Shown here: in pieces, positions 28,346 to 35,767 of the stretch | How positions within the stretch are numbered: position 1 is the first letter of the stretch | Layout: each line of letters starts with the position of its first letter | Source: a virus | Taxonomy: Duplodnaviria > Caudoviricetes | Reading direction: 5' to 3' (one strand) | Virus record (IMG/VR): IMGVR_UViG_3300005573_000195 | Span: 1 to 35,767 of that record | DNA length: 35,767 nt | Notes under the pieces: generated by a model | What the model was told of the DNA's origin: nothing | The model's input: the letters and a program-made list of their open reading frames with translations, nothing else | The model's database searches: none | Position numbers and translations under genes: made by a program

Positions 28346-29092
28346 ATGTGTGTTATAACTATAAATAAAAACAAAAAACTAAAAGAAAGCGACATTAAAA
28401 AAATATGGTCTCATAATCCAGACGGGGCTGGTATAGCTTATTATGATGCTAAGGGCAATCTCTTATACAAAAAAGGACTAATGACTTTAAACGATTTTTT
28501 AGAAACTTATAACAAAATACCATTACCTCATATTTGTCATTTTAGGCTAGCTTCGGTTGGTGGCGTTTCACCGCTTCTAACGCACCCGTTTGCTATTTAT
28601 GAGACAAATCAGACAGAAGGCAAAGCTAAAGCATTGTTAGTCCATAATGGACATTTCAGTAATTACGAAACGCTATACTTCTTCCTGCTATCAAGGGGTG
28701 TTAATTTTGGAGAAAACGGAGTGAGCGACAGCTTTGTATTAGCTAAAGCGCTATCATTACTTCCTGCTCACAAAATGCAGAATTTCATTGAAAATGTAAA
28801 TAACAATTCAAAAATAGTAGTGGCATTTAACAAGTATAAAATTATGAAATTTGGAAACTTTGAAAGTAAAGGCGGCATAGAATACAGCAATTTATACTGG
28901 AGCTATAATTACTATAAATTTAACAAAACCACTAACAGCATTGGCTTTAATCCTATTAAAGATTACAAATTTAACTACCAATTTAACTACGAACCCGACG
29001 ACGACACCGAAGACAACACTGACTACAAACTTGAGACGGAAAACTATATACCATACAGATACAGACAAAATAGGATTGGTTTTGATATATAG
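28346..29092 (+). CDS. Class II (Ntn) glutamine amidotransferase
   Basis: N-terminal Met-Cys, NPDGAG, HFRLASVG, THPF, HNGH and SDS motifs. Confidence 0.9.
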   Translation: MCVITINKNKKLKESDIKKIWSHNPDGAGIAYYDAKGNLLYKKGLMTLNDFLETYNKIPLPHICHFRLASVGGVSPLLTHPFAIYETNQTEGKAKALLVHNGHFSNYETLYFFLLSRGVNFGENGVSDSFVLAKALSLLPAHKMQNFIENVNNNSKIVVAFNKYKIMKFGNFESKGGIEYSNLYWSYNYYKFNKTTNSIGFNPIKDYKFNYQFNYEPDDDTEDNTDYKLETENYIPYRYRQNRIGFDI

Positions 29093-29134
29093 ATTTTTAG
29101 TAAACAAAGGTCGGACTAATAAATAATTAAAATT

Positions 29135-29530
29135 ATGTTTGCAATAATTTATTGGAAAAACAATGATACCTATATTGACTTCGTGAAGAATGACGATAGA
29201 AGTATTAGAATTTTTGATAGCTTAAAAGAAGCTGATAGATATGCCAACGAACACGAACACGAAATTGGCGAAGCCAGAGTGGTTTCTTTGGAAGGGGTTG
29301 AAGGCGATTATGAGGACATAGAAAACACGGAAACGGAAATTGAAGATTTACCAGAAAGCGTTCTTCTAAAAAGAATGAACGAGATAGAAGATGAGGCCAT
29401 TCATAGATTTTTAGATAAGGCGGATTTTGATGTAATAGAATGGATGACAGACGAAGAATTGGAAGAATATAAAAAACTATATCGGGAATACTGGGGAAGC
29501 GGGAGCTATCAAAGTAGATTTGGAGAGTAA
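29135..29530 (+). CDS. Highly acidic small protein
   Basis: About 37 D/E versus about 15 K/R in 131 aa (hand count); motif 21 nt upstream. Confidence 0.7.
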   Translation: MFAIIYWKNNDTYIDFVKNDDRSIRIFDSLKEADRYANEHEHEIGEARVVSLEGVEGDYEDIENTETEIEDLPESVLLKRMNEIEDEAIHRFLDKADFDVIEWMTDEELEEYKKLYREYWGSGSYQSRFGE

Positions 29531-29576
29531 TAGCTTGTTAAAACTAAAAAGGGACGAAAAATGACTTGTTTTTAAT

Positions 29577-29786
29577 ATGGAAAATCTTACAAAAGAACAA
29601 AAAGAATTGATAAAGAAAATTAAAAGAGCCTATAATACATTTCTTAAATCAAGAGACGAATTATTTTATTTGTTTAATTTAGCAAAAAAGATAAAAATTC
29701 CTATTACTCAATTAGCCAAAGAGCTAACAATAGACAAGTCGGCGGTTTGGCGAAGAATACAAAGGTCAAGTAATAAACAAAATTAA
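29577..29786 (+). CDS. Small helix-turn-helix protein
   Basis: IPITQLAKELTIDKSAVWRRI. Confidence 0.7.
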   Translation: MENLTKEQKELIKKIKRAYNTFLKSRDELFYLFNLAKKIKIPITQLAKELTIDKSAVWRRIQRSSNKQN

Positions 29787-29819
29787 ACAACCATAAAGGT
29801 CGTAAATAAAAATAAAACT

Positions 29820-30125
29820 ATGAGCGTAAGAGCATATAGAGTAAATAAAATTGATTTTGAAAAGCCAGAAACATTTAATCTTTGGCACGATGAATTTGTA
29901 AGAGATTTTTTTGAAGGAGAAGGTTTTTTTGAAAGTTTTAGTGATAGTGGTGGGATGGGCGAAATATCAGTTGAAGCATTAAAAGAATTGAGCAGTTTAT
30001 TAGCTGAAAAAATAAAAAAAGAAGAAGATAAAGAGTATTGGCAATCATTAAAAAATCGCATCGACAAAGATATTAAATGGGCTGAAGAAAGGGGCGATGA
30101 GTATGTAGTTTATTATTGTTTCTAA
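29820..30125 (+). CDS. Hypothetical protein
   Basis: 101 aa; AAAGGTCG 17 nt upstream. Confidence 0.7.
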   Translation: MSVRAYRVNKIDFEKPETFNLWHDEFVRDFFEGEGFFESFSDSGGMGEISVEALKELSSLLAEKIKKEEDKEYWQSLKNRIDKDIKWAEERGDEYVVYYCF

Positions 30126-30168
30126 TGTTTAAAATCGGCGATTAAAAACTAAATTATGCATCTAAAAT

Positions 30169-30336
30169 ATGCACATAAAAATACGAGAATTATTTCAAAA
30201 GAGGGTCTTGGTCTCTAATTCTCCAACCACATATAAGTGGCAAAACAAACAATGGCTTGATATTCTTTTAGCCATTCTAATAATGGCTACTATGTATGGA
30301 TTAGCCTGTTTGTTTGCAATTGCCGTAGGCAATTAA
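30169..30336 (+). CDS. 55-aa putative membrane peptide
   Basis: Manual translation MHIKIRELFQKR...WLDILLAILIMATMYGLACLFAIAVGN; fills the gap; C-terminal hydrophobic helix. Confidence 0.4.
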   Translation: MHIKIRELFQKRVLVSNSPTTYKWQNKQWLDILLAILIMATMYGLACLFAIAVGN

Positions 30337-30381
30337 TTTGGGCAATTAAGTTAAAGGTCATAAAAACAAAATAACAAAACA

Positions 30382-30651
30382 ATGATTAAATTTATTAAAA
30401 AGATTTTAGGAATAGATATTCTTGAAAAGAAAGTAGATTTTCTTTTAACGGCTCACGAAGGCAACAGAAACATTATAGCTCTCATCTTAAAAACAATTAA
30501 CATTTCTCCACAGAAATTCGTTGAGCTAATTCATTTTAATCCATACGAACTCATAAACTATAACAAAGAAGTATCTCAACTAATGGAAAAAATGATGGAC
30601 GATATAATAAAAAAAGAAGAAGAGAAAGAAGAAAAGAAAGAAACTGATTAG
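30382..30651 (+). CDS. Hypothetical protein
   Basis: 89 aa; AAAGGTCA 21 nt upstream; converges on terL. Confidence 0.65.
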   Translation: MIKFIKKILGIDILEKKVDFLLTAHEGNRNIIALILKTINISPQKFVELIHFNPYELINYNKEVSQLMEKMMDDIIKKEEEKEEKKETD

Positions 30652-32243
30652 CGCCTATATCTAATTATTTTTGTGGGAGTAGTGTCGGTAATCAAATTGA
30701 CGGCGAGGTTTTCTACGGCGGCTCTTAAGTCAGCATTTTGGTCGTGAACTGGCTTATCTAAACCCTCTGGGTTGGTAGAGGTTTCTCTGGATTGAGGGTA
30801 AACTGAATTAGCAAGAGCATCGTATACATCTAATGCACCACTGTTATCAGCAAAAATTGTGCGTGTTAACATTTTTTTAGTGGCTGTGCGCCTAACACTA
30901 TGAGCTATAGCCATATCGTTTATTCTTAAGAAGATACCTATACCAGCTAATTCCTGAAAAATAGAGGTATTTGACTTAATCATTTTCTGACGATGAGCCG
31001 CCTCCCCACAATACATTATTGGTTGCTTCCACGAATTAAATCTTTTAATCAAATCAAGCTCAAAAGAAAGATAGTCACTTTTTTTAAGGGTGAATTTTTC
31101 GTGTGTAAATTTATTTTCTAATTCATAAACCTCCTGTTTATCAAAGTCAATTCCTTGTTTTAAGAAGGGGTAATACCAACTCAAGGGTTTATTGTTTTTC
31201 TCCATACCATCTATACAATAAAAGTTAGTATTATCTTTCTGAAAATAAACTATTGCGCTTTTGTCCCTGCTCCCAAAATCAAGTCCCAAATAAAGGGGTA
31301 AATTAGGATTGTATTCTATGTTTCTAATTGGACAATTTAAAACTTCTGGATAGTAGGAAAGTGTCGGGTCGGAAAAATATTGGATTTCTAATTCTGCTCC
31401 AACGGAAAGGGGGTCAGACTTTCGTCTTTCTTGTTCTTTTTTAAACCACTCCTCATCTTTGAATGGGTGCAAATTCCAAGTAAGGGTAATAAGCTTCCCC
31501 TGCTCCTTGAAGCTCTCTCTTAAGGTTCGGGCAAAGGACGATGGTTTTGCGGTTGAGATAGCCACACGGCAAGGAGAGGTATCCGTGCTTGAACGCCAAC
31601 TTTCTCTGGCGAACTTCCAAAAGAATAACTCGTCCATAGCCAAAAACGAAGCACGGTATTGGCGACCAAAATCCGCATTAGCACTTTCACCAGCGATAAA
31701 ATTCATTTTGTCGGGGTTAATAAATTTTAAATGAATATCATGTTCAGACTTCCTAAATTTAGCTGGTCTCATCCAAAGTGGCAAAGAATAATAAGCATAA
31801 CGAAGTTTGCCAAATAAAGACTGCGGAGTGCGACCGCTATCATCAACCGCCTCTTCCTTTCTTGAGCCAATCAATCCATACCACCTCTCATTAAAAAGCC
31901 ACCTCCAAAGCATATACCAAATAATCAACCAAGTAGCTCCCATATCCCTTGTTTTTTCTATTAACAAATCCTCGCCTTTTTGTTCTGCATCCATTACTCT
32001 TAACAAAACATCTTTCTGATAGTCAAATAAAAAGAACGGGATGTCTTGGTTTTCTGGTAAGCGGGGTTCATAAACCAAACCAAACAAATCTAAAAAGGTA
32101 AATATATCGTCTTTACAATCCATCAATACCGCAACCCTTTCTACTGGGTTAATCTCTGCCGTTTGTAGTCTTTCTAATCTATAATTTAATTTACGCTCAA
32201 AAGAATTAGAACGAAGATATTTACGAAATAATTCTAAATTCAT
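30648..32243 (-). CDS. terL: Terminase large subunit
   Basis: LFDYQ (adenine-binding), IEKTRDMGATW (Walker A variant), LAMDE (Walker B), ISTA (coupling motif), LGLDFG (RNase H-like nuclease). Confidence 0.92.
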   Translation of the reverse strand: MNLELFRKYLRSNSFERKLNYRLERLQTAEINPVERVAVLMDCKDDIFTFLDLFGLVYEPRLPENQDIPFFLFDYQKDVLLRVMDAEQKGEDLLIEKTRDMGATWLIIWYMLWRWLFNERWYGLIGSRKEEAVDDSGRTPQSLFGKLRYAYYSLPLWMRPAKFRKSEHDIHLKFINPDKMNFIAGESANADFGRQYRASFLAMDELFFWKFARESWRSSTDTSPCRVAISTAKPSSFARTLRESFKEQGKLITLTWNLHPFKDEEWFKKEQERRKSDPLSVGAELEIQYFSDPTLSYYPEVLNCPIRNIEYNPNLPLYLGLDFGSRDKSAIVYFQKDNTNFYCIDGMEKNNKPLSWYYPFLKQGIDFDKQEVYELENKFTHEKFTLKKSDYLSFELDLIKRFNSWKQPIMYCGEAAHRQKMIKSNTSIFQELAGIGIFLRINDMAIAHSVRRTATKKMLTRTIFADNSGALDVYDALANSVYPQSRETSTNPEGLDKPVHDQNADLRAAVENLAVNLITDTTPTKIIRYRR

Positions 32244-32257
32244 GGTTTGATTTTAAT

Positions 32258-32446
32258 TTAATGTTTACACGCCCGTGTAAACAACTCCCCATCGACCTTT
32301 ATTATTCTATGTTTAGCCGGACAATCCTTAATTTTCTGATTCACTTCTTTTGCCTCTCGGCGTGAAGCATAAACCCCGCAAAGTAGCGGCTCTTTAGAAG
32401 AATAACAAAGCAAAGCATAATAGTTTTTAAATTTTATATTTTTCAT
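32258..32446 (-). CDS. Hypothetical protein
   Basis: 62 aa ORF directly upstream of terL. Confidence 0.5.
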   Translation of the reverse strand: MKNIKFKNYYALLCYSSKEPLLCGVYASRREAKEVNQKIKDCPAKHRIIKVDGELFTRACKH

Positions 32447-32451
32447 TTCAG

Positions 32452-32511
32452 TCAGTTACTATTAAAATAGAAATTGAATTGCATTTCAATCTCTATTTTA
32501 ATAGGGACTGA
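32452..32511. repeat. Long AT-rich inverted repeat (arms about 27 nt)
   Basis: TCAGTTACTATTAAAATAGAAATTGAA ... TTCAATCTCTATTTTAATAGGGACTGA. Confidence 0.85.
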
Positions 32512-32512
32512 T

Positions 32513-33454
32513 TTATTTTTCATCTTTTAATTTGTCTTTATCTTTATTAGATTCAAACGACCTTTGTAATAAAAAATTTTTATAGAATTCGGGGAATCCT
32601 GCAATCGCTCTCCTTAGAATATCTTGTCCATATTCATTCCAAAGAAATTCTTTTATGTTTTCTTTTTCTTCCTCTTCTATATCTTTTTGAATTTCTTTCA
32701 AAAGTTTTCCAATGTCTCGTGGGGCAAATTCCAATTCTCCATTATCTCGTAGGTGTTGAATTGCTTTATTCCACCTCGCTTCAGTTCTAAAACTATCTTT
32801 GAATAATTCCCATTTACCCCTTGCCGTAAATTCACCACGCCAACTCTTTCTATGAACCTCTTTAAAACCCTCTGAAACATATTTTCCCATCATCAACGGA
32901 ATCTGTTGTCCACCTAAAAGAAATTGCCTTTGATAGTTTTTAACAACAATACCTTCTATTTTAACTCCTCCCAAAACACTCTCTTTTTCTAAGAAAGAAG
33001 ACAATTGTTCTGGGTTATCTATTTTACCATAATAAAACATAGGAACCACCTCAACATCTAACAAACTAGCATATTGTTTTAATTCTTCATATTTGCTTAT
33101 AAATTTTGTTCCAGTAGCATCCGAAACACCAAACAATATTAAATTATTTTTGGGCACTCTATTATATTTTAGAACATTATGCTTTTCTGTTTTTAGATAT
33201 TCACAATAAAATACAGTATTATCAGGAATTTTATCTTGAACACTTAAAATATATTCTATTGCTTTTAAAAAAAGTTTGTCTGCACTTTCGGGATATAATT
33301 GAACCCCCTTACTTCTGAAATATAATTCTCCGTTAATTTTACCAAAATCAAACTGTGAACCATCTATTTTTTCTGTAATTTCAACCTCTTCTTTAAAAAT
33401 GTCTATAATATAATTTTGACCAATGGCAAATATTTTAGGAAATGCTTTTATCAT
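32513..33454 (-). CDS. ATP-dependent RNA ligase family protein (Rnl2-like), copy 1
   Basis: Nucleotidyltransferase motifs: I TEKIDGS, III FYCEYL, IIIa ILFGV, IV EGIVVK, V MGKYV. Confidence 0.8.
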   Translation of the reverse strand: MIKAFPKIFAIGQNYIIDIFKEEVEITEKIDGSQFDFGKINGELYFRSKGVQLYPESADKLFLKAIEYILSVQDKIPDNTVFYCEYLKTEKHNVLKYNRVPKNNLILFGVSDATGTKFISKYEELKQYASLLDVEVVPMFYYGKIDNPEQLSSFLEKESVLGGVKIEGIVVKNYQRQFLLGGQQIPLMMGKYVSEGFKEVHRKSWRGEFTARGKWELFKDSFRTEARWNKAIQHLRDNGELEFAPRDIGKLLKEIQKDIEEEEKENIKEFLWNEYGQDILRRAIAGFPEFYKNFLLQRSFESNKDKDKLKDEK

Positions 33455-33492
33455 TGTTTTTTATTTTTCTCGACTTTTTTGTTTTAACATTT

Positions 33493-33687
33493 TCAGGTTC
33501 TAATTTTACAATACAATTCCCTCTTTTTATCATCAGACATATTTTCTAATAATAATTTCTTTTCCAATAAATTCATTTTCATTCTAATAAACGCCCTCTT
33601 TTTAAATTCTACTTCTTCTTTTTTGGCTTTTTCGTCCCAATACTTTATTTCTCTTTCTAATTTTTGAATGTATTCTTTATCTTTCAT
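33493..33687 (-). CDS. 64-aa hypothetical protein, copy 1
   Basis: AAAAGGTCGG 19 nt upstream; the difference noticed from copy 2 is synonymous. Confidence 0.65.
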   Translation of the reverse strand: MKDKEYIQKLEREIKYWDEKAKKEEVEFKKRAFIRMKMNLLEKKLLLENMSDDKKRELYCKIRT

Positions 33688-33977
33688 TGTTTTAATTTAT
33701 TTTCCCCGACCTTTTGTTTTAATAAATCTTCATATTTCTTTTTATAAATCTTCGCTATCTCGTCCAACTCCACTTTTGTGAATTGTTTCACTTCTCGTGC
33801 TTTTTTCCAGAGTTCTTCCTCTGCTTTTTTACCGTATCTTTTTATTATAACCTCTCTTAAAATCGCAGGCTTGCCAGCACCCCATATGTTGCAATTTATA
33901 CATTGAGCAAACACATTGGTTTCTGAGAAAAAAACTGCATTGTGTCCGAATGCTTGTATAAAATGCCCAGCGTTCAT
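33684..33977 (-). pseudogene. ninG: 5'-truncated NinG/Rap-like HNH endonuclease
   Basis: AGHFI...NVFAQCINCN and C-terminal ELDEIAKIYKKK. The first CxxC and N-terminal half are missing because the repeat junction abuts the ATG. Confidence 0.7.
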
Positions 33978-34019
33978 AAATTGAATTGCATTTCAATTTC
34001 TATTTTAATAGGGACTGAT

Positions 34020-34961
34020 TTATTTTTCATCTTTTAATTTGTCTTTATCTTTATTAGATTCAAACGACCTTTGTAATAAAAAATTTTTATAGAATTCGGG
34101 GAATCCTGCAATCGCTCTCCTTAGAATATCTTGTCCATATTCATTCCAAAGAAATTCTTTTATGTTTTCTTTTTCTTCCTCTTCTATATCTTTTTGAATT
34201 TCTTTCAAAAGTTTTCCAATGTCTCGTGGGGCAAATTCCAATTCTCCATTATCTCGTAGGTGTTGAATTGCTTTATTCCACCTCGCTTCAGTTCTAAAAC
34301 TATCTTTGAATAATTCCCATTTACCCCTTGCCGTAAATTCACCACGCCAACTCTTTCTATGAACCTCTTTAAAACCCTCTGAAACATATTTTCCCATCAT
34401 CAACGGAATCTGTTGTCCACCTAAAAGAAATTGCCTTTGATAGTTTTTAACAACAATACCTTCTATTTTAACTCCTCCCAAAACACTCTCTTTTTCTAAG
34501 AAAGAAGACAATTGTTCTGGGTTATCTATTTTACCATAATAAAACATAGGAACCACCTCAACATCTAACAAACTAGCATATTGTTTTAATTCTTCATATT
34601 TGCTTATAAATTTTGTTCCAGTAGCATCCGAAACACCAAACAATATTAAATTATTTTTGGGCACTCTATTATATTTTAGAACATTATGCTTTTCTGTTTT
34701 TAGATATTCACAATAAAATACAGTATTATCAGGAATTTTATCTTGAACACTTAAAATATATTCTATTGCTTTTAAAAAAAGTTTGTCTGCACTTTCGGGA
34801 TATAATTGAACCCCCTTACTTCTGAAATATAATTCTCCGTTAATTTTACCAAAATCAAACTGTGAACCATCTATTTTTTCTGTAATTTCAACCTCTTCTT
34901 TAAAAATGTCTATAATATAATTTTGACCAATGGCAAATATTTTAGGAAATGCTTTTATCAT
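34020..34961 (-). CDS. ATP-dependent RNA ligase family protein, copy 2
   Basis: Protein identical to 32513-33454. Confidence 0.8.
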   Translation of the reverse strand: MIKAFPKIFAIGQNYIIDIFKEEVEITEKIDGSQFDFGKINGELYFRSKGVQLYPESADKLFLKAIEYILSVQDKIPDNTVFYCEYLKTEKHNVLKYNRVPKNNLILFGVSDATGTKFISKYEELKQYASLLDVEVVPMFYYGKIDNPEQLSSFLEKESVLGGVKIEGIVVKNYQRQFLLGGQQIPLMMGKYVSEGFKEVHRKSWRGEFTARGKWELFKDSFRTEARWNKAIQHLRDNGELEFAPRDIGKLLKEIQKDIEEEEKENIKEFLWNEYGQDILRRAIAGFPEFYKNFLLQRSFESNKDKDKLKDEK

Positions 34962-34999
34962 TGTTTTTTATTTTTCTCGACTTTTTTGTTTTAACATTT

Positions 35000-35194
35000 T
35001 CAGGTTCTAATTTTACAATACAATTCCCTCTTTTTATCATCAGACATATTTTCTAATAATAATTTCTTTTCCAATAAATTCATTTTCATTCTAATAAACG
35101 CCCTCTTTTTAAATTCTACTTCTTCTTTTTTGGCTTTTTCGTCCCAATACTTTATTTCCCTTTCTAATTTTTGAATGTATTCTTTATCTTTCAT
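35000..35194 (-). CDS. 64-aa hypothetical protein, copy 2
   Basis: Protein identical to 33493-33687. Confidence 0.65.
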   Translation of the reverse strand: MKDKEYIQKLEREIKYWDEKAKKEEVEFKKRAFIRMKMNLLEKKLLLENMSDDKKRELYCKIRT

Positions 35195-35221
35195 TGTTTT
35201 AATTTATTTTTCCCGACATTT

Positions 35222-35632
35222 TTAATTTAAACCAACATCATCATAAGTATCATAATCCACAGTCAATTCTTCTCCTGCCTTTATGTCTCTTTTGGCTACA
35301 AATTCTTCTCCGTCTTTTACCGCAACCATATTGGGTTCATTAGAATGATTGAGGAAAAAAGAAATATCAATTGCATTCAATCCTTTTTCTATTACCCAAT
35401 ATTTTCCGTCTTGAAGAGGACAAAAATCCTTTATCATTTCTTTAATTGGCTCTGGTTGATTTTCAATGTCTTTGGGGCTAATTGGAATAAAATCACCATC
35501 ATAAGACCCCACAAAAGGATTGGTTCCCTTGGGAATGTCCCTAATTGCAAACACCCCAACGCCATATTTACTCGGTTTAAGCCTACAATATACATTACCA
35601 AAAGACTTTATTAAGCGTTCTTTTTTGTTCAT
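35222..35632 (-). CDS. SET-domain protein (putative lysine methyltransferase)
   Basis: GVGVFAIRDIPKG, FLNHSNEPN, RDIKAGEELTVDY. Confidence 0.92.
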   Translation of the reverse strand: MNKKERLIKSFGNVYCRLKPSKYGVGVFAIRDIPKGTNPFVGSYDGDFIPISPKDIENQPEPIKEMIKDFCPLQDGKYWVIEKGLNAIDISFFLNHSNEPNMVAVKDGEEFVAKRDIKAGEELTVDYDTYDDVGLN

Positions 35633-35767
35633 TTTTTATTTTTGTTTTTTTTCCGACCTTTTTGTTTTAATAAATCTTCATATTTCTTTTTATAAATCTT
35701 CGCAACTTCATCTAATTCTTGTTTAGTAAATTGTTTCGTCTCTCGAGCTTTTTTCCAAAGTTCTTCT
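35629..35767 (-). CDS. ninG: C-terminus of a second, diverged NinG-like gene (starts beyond the window)
   Basis: Manual translation EELWKKARETKQFTKQELDEVAKIYKKKYEDLLKQKGRKKNKNKK*, paralogous to the end of 33684-33977. Confidence 0.7.
   Translation of the reverse strand, partial: EELWKKARETKQFTKQELDEVAKIYKKKYEDLLKQKGRKKNKNKK

Larger units (their letters stand above)
32471..33710. repeat. 1240-bp direct repeat, copy 1
   Basis: Matches 33978-35217 at offset 1507; three single-base differences noticed. Confidence 0.95.
33978..35217. repeat. 1240-bp direct repeat, copy 2
   Basis: Begins inside the hairpin and ends at the GTCG motif. Confidence 0.95.

Noticed and set aside
3080-35660. AAGGTCG motif as a by-product of GATC avoidance
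   Set aside because: Avoidance creates GGTC on the antisense strand inside genes, whereas the motif is on the sense strand at a fixed distance from start codons.
1-35767. Stop-codon reassignment
   Set aside because: Long genes are intact and tightly packed under the standard bacterial code, and TAA, TAG and TGA all end genes at sensible boundaries.

Overview
AT-rich fragment of a tailed dsDNA phage genome with a podovirus-like gene set; no host chromosomal context is evident. Most genes are on the minus strand. Read right to left they are: ninG-like / SET / RNA-ligase genes (partly duplicated), terminase large subunit, an inverted plus-strand block of small early-type genes with an amidoligase + class II glutamine amidotransferase pair, a divergent control region with a dif-like palindrome and a sigma70 promoter, then a possible small terminase, portal, scaffold, capsid, fibres, tail nozzle/adaptor and large internal virion proteins. 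The left end holds a KhpA-like KH protein, a HAD + PurD-like ATP-grasp fusion, a HExxE protein and a papain-like peptidase interrupted by an intein at its predicted catalytic Cys. The strongest unexplained signal is an (A)AAGGTCG motif 16-25 nt upstream of about 20 start codons on the coding strand, where classical Shine-Dalgarno sequences are not evident; the same motif marks the exact borders of an inserted SET-domain gene. A Patescibacteria (CPR) host is an inference only. All calls come from reading motifs by eye; no database search was run.
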